Positions 61,861 to 64,000 of a stretch of DNA of 64,000 nt are shown here, one piece after another. Both the position numbers and the translations under genes were made by a program. Numbering within the stretch: position 1 is the first letter of the stretch; each line of letters opens with the position of its first letter. Below the pieces are notes generated by a model. The model saw nothing but the letters and a program-made list of their open reading frames with translations. It ran no database searches and was not told the DNA's origin. The DNA comes from Malacoraja senta (taxonomy: Eukaryota), in the NCBI GenBank assembly GCA_038087875.1, contig CM075987.1, positions 22,508,001 through 22,572,000 on the forward strand, given 5' to 3'.

Positions 61861-63525
61861 CAGTGCCCTCCATAATGTTTAGGACAAAGACCCATCATTT
61901 ATTTATTAGCCTCTGTACCCCACAATTTGAGATTTGTAATAGGAAAAAAATCACATGTGGTTAAAGTGCATTGTCAGATTTTAATAAAGGGCATTGTTAT
62001 ACATTTTGGTTTCACCATGTAGAAATTACAGCAGTGTTTATACATAGTCCCCCCATTTCAGGGCACCATAATGTTTGGGACACAGCAATGTCATGTAAAT
62101 GAAAGTAGTCATGTTTAGTATTTTGTTGCATATCCTTTGCATGCAATGACTGCTTGAAGTCTGTGATTCATGGACATCACCAGTTGCTGGGTGTCTTCTC
62201 TGGTGATGATCTGCCAGGCCTGTATCGCAGCCATCTTTAGCTTATGCTTGTTTTGGGGGCTAGTCCCCTTCAGTTTTCTCTTCAGCATATAAAAGGCATG
62301 CTCAATTGGGTTCAGATCGGGTGATTGACTTGGCCACTCAAGTATTGACCATTTTTTAGCTTTGAAAAACTCCTTTGTTGCTTTAGCAGTATGTTTGCGA
62401 TCATTGTCTTGCTGTAGAATTAACTGCCGGCCAATGAGTTTTGAGGCATTTGTTTGAACTTGATGTGAAACTATACACTTCAGAATTCATTATGCTACTA
62501 CCATCAGCAGTTGTATCATCAATGAAGATAAGTGAGCCAGTACCTTCAGCAGCCATACATGCCCAGGCCATAACACCCCCACCACTGTGTTTCACAGATG
62601 AGGTGGTATACTTTGGATCTTGGGCAGTTCCTTCTCTCCTCCATACTTTGCTCTTGCCATCACTCTGATATAAGTTAATCTTCGTCTCATCCGTCCACAA
62701 GACCTTTTTCCAGAACTGTGGTTGCTCTTTTAAATACTTCTTGGCAAACTGTACCCGGCCATCCTATTTTTGCAGCTAACCAGTGGTTTGCATCTTGCAG
62801 TGTAGCCTCTGTATTTCTGTTCATGAAGTCTTCTGCAGACAGTGGTCATTGACAAATCCACATCTGACTCCTGAAGAGTGTTTCTGATCTGTTGGACAGG
62901 TGTTTGGGGGTTTTCCTTTATTGTAGAGAGAATTCTTCTGTCATCAGCTGCGGAGGTCTTCCTTGGCCTGCCAGTCCCTTTGCGATTAGTAAGCTCACCA
63001 GTGCTCTCTTTCTTCTTAATGATGTTCCAAACAGTTGATTTTGGTAAGCCTAAGGTTTGGCTGATGTCTCTAACTGTTTTATTCTTGTTTCTCAGTCTCA
63101 TACGGGCTTATTTGACTTTCATTTGCACAACTTTGGTCCTCATGTTGATAACTGATAAACAGCAATAAATGCTTCCAAAGGTGATGGAAAGACTGGAGGA
63201 AGTACTAGGTGCCGGGAGCTCTCATATACCTGCATTAAGGAGGCAATTAAACACACCTGAGCAATTACAAATGCCTGTGAAGCCATGTGCCCTGAAATTT
63301 GGGGGGGGGGGGGGGGGGGGGGGAAACGACACACATTATGTATGAACACAGCTGCAAATTTCTATATGGTGAAATCAAAATGTTTAAAAATGGCCTTTAA
63401 TAAAATCTGACAATGTGCACTTTAAGCACATGATTTTTTTTAAATATTACAAATCTCAAATTGTGGAGTACAGAGGCAAATAAATAAATGATGGGTCTTT
63501 GTCCCAAACATAATGGAGGGCACTG
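61861..63525 (-). mobile_element. Tc1/mariner (DD34E, IR/DR type) DNA transposon, full length, inactive
   Basis: TA|CAGTGCCCTCCATAATGTTT ... AAACATAATGGAGGGCACTG|TG; TIRs over 200 bp; inner direct repeat at ~62061-62083. Confidence 0.95.
62115..63143 (-). pseudogene. Tc1 transposase pseudogene
   Basis: HTH region, GRPRK, WTDETK, QQDND...WPSQSPDLNPIE (34 residues between the second catalytic D and E). Early stop and frameshifts. Confidence 0.93.
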
Positions 63526-63802
63526 TGGCTGATGGCTAAAGCAGGCCTGGCTGATATATCAAACCCATCCAGGTGTTAAAAATTGAATTCAAATATGCAG
63601 ATGGGTGGATTACAATGAAAGCAACAGAAGCACTGAACCATTACCCTTCCCCCTCATTTCAATGGATGAATGTCAATTGAGGAGAATGGCCCAGAGTCTT
63701 TATTTTTGGGAGCAATGGGTGGAAAGATTAGATGGATCCAGAATGCCGAAGATCTCCCACTCTCTCGCCAACCACCAGTATTATTTTTAAACGTTTACTC
63801 AC

Positions 63803-64000
63803 CTTTGCTGTTTCCCCTGCACCTGGAGGAGCACTGGGTGCCTTGGGTATATTTCTCCAAATCTTGCTCGATCTGGGTCTCCCGCGATGGGTCTGACTTT
63901 CAATCTTCAAATTGGCCACAGGCTGTTCCACTGCTGTGTCGTCGTCACCTTTGCCTGCTGTGTTTTCCTCCGCAGGTAGCTGCTGCTTTGCTACGATTGG
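63803..64000 (-). CDS. SNAPC4: SNAPC4 internal exon (partial, runs off the window)
   Basis: Open frame PIVAKQQLPAEENTAGKGDDDTAVEQ...GAGETAK ending at donor AAG|gtgagt, phase 0, matching the next exon. Confidence 0.78.

Overview
Eukaryotic, repeat-rich vertebrate DNA, very probably from a cartilaginous fish (skate or ray). This is inferred from abundant HE1/V-SINE-type SINEs, HER1/CR1 LINE fragments and Penelope-type ends. Three spliced protein-coding genes lie on the minus strand. NTMT1 has a complete CDS (3 coding exons, 223 aa, 29389-36650). CARD9 shows only its first three coding exons (38588-41799) and is cut off by a 200-N scaffold gap at 38319-38518. SNAPC4 is represented by its last 7 coding exons (51496 to the window end), including a 28-nt micro-exon and a 1871-nt exon. 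Bases 1-29000 contain no recognisable protein-coding exon and are mostly retroelements (CR1, L2, Rex1-like, HERO-like, L1-like, SINEs). The most notable non-genic structures are: (i) a 1467-bp DNA-transposon-like element at 48493-49959 with GTAG...CTAC ends, a 5-bp TSD and a Spindlin-type Tudor-like coding remnant; (ii) many short TSD-flanked Penelope-end insertions that begin at a minimal hammerhead-ribozyme-like motif; (iii) two non-autonomous Helitrons head-to-tail in an NTMT1 intron; and (iv) a full-length but decayed IR/DR Tc1 element in a SNAPC4 intron. All family assignments are by eye and recall, not database search, and repeat boundaries are approximate unless a TSD is given.
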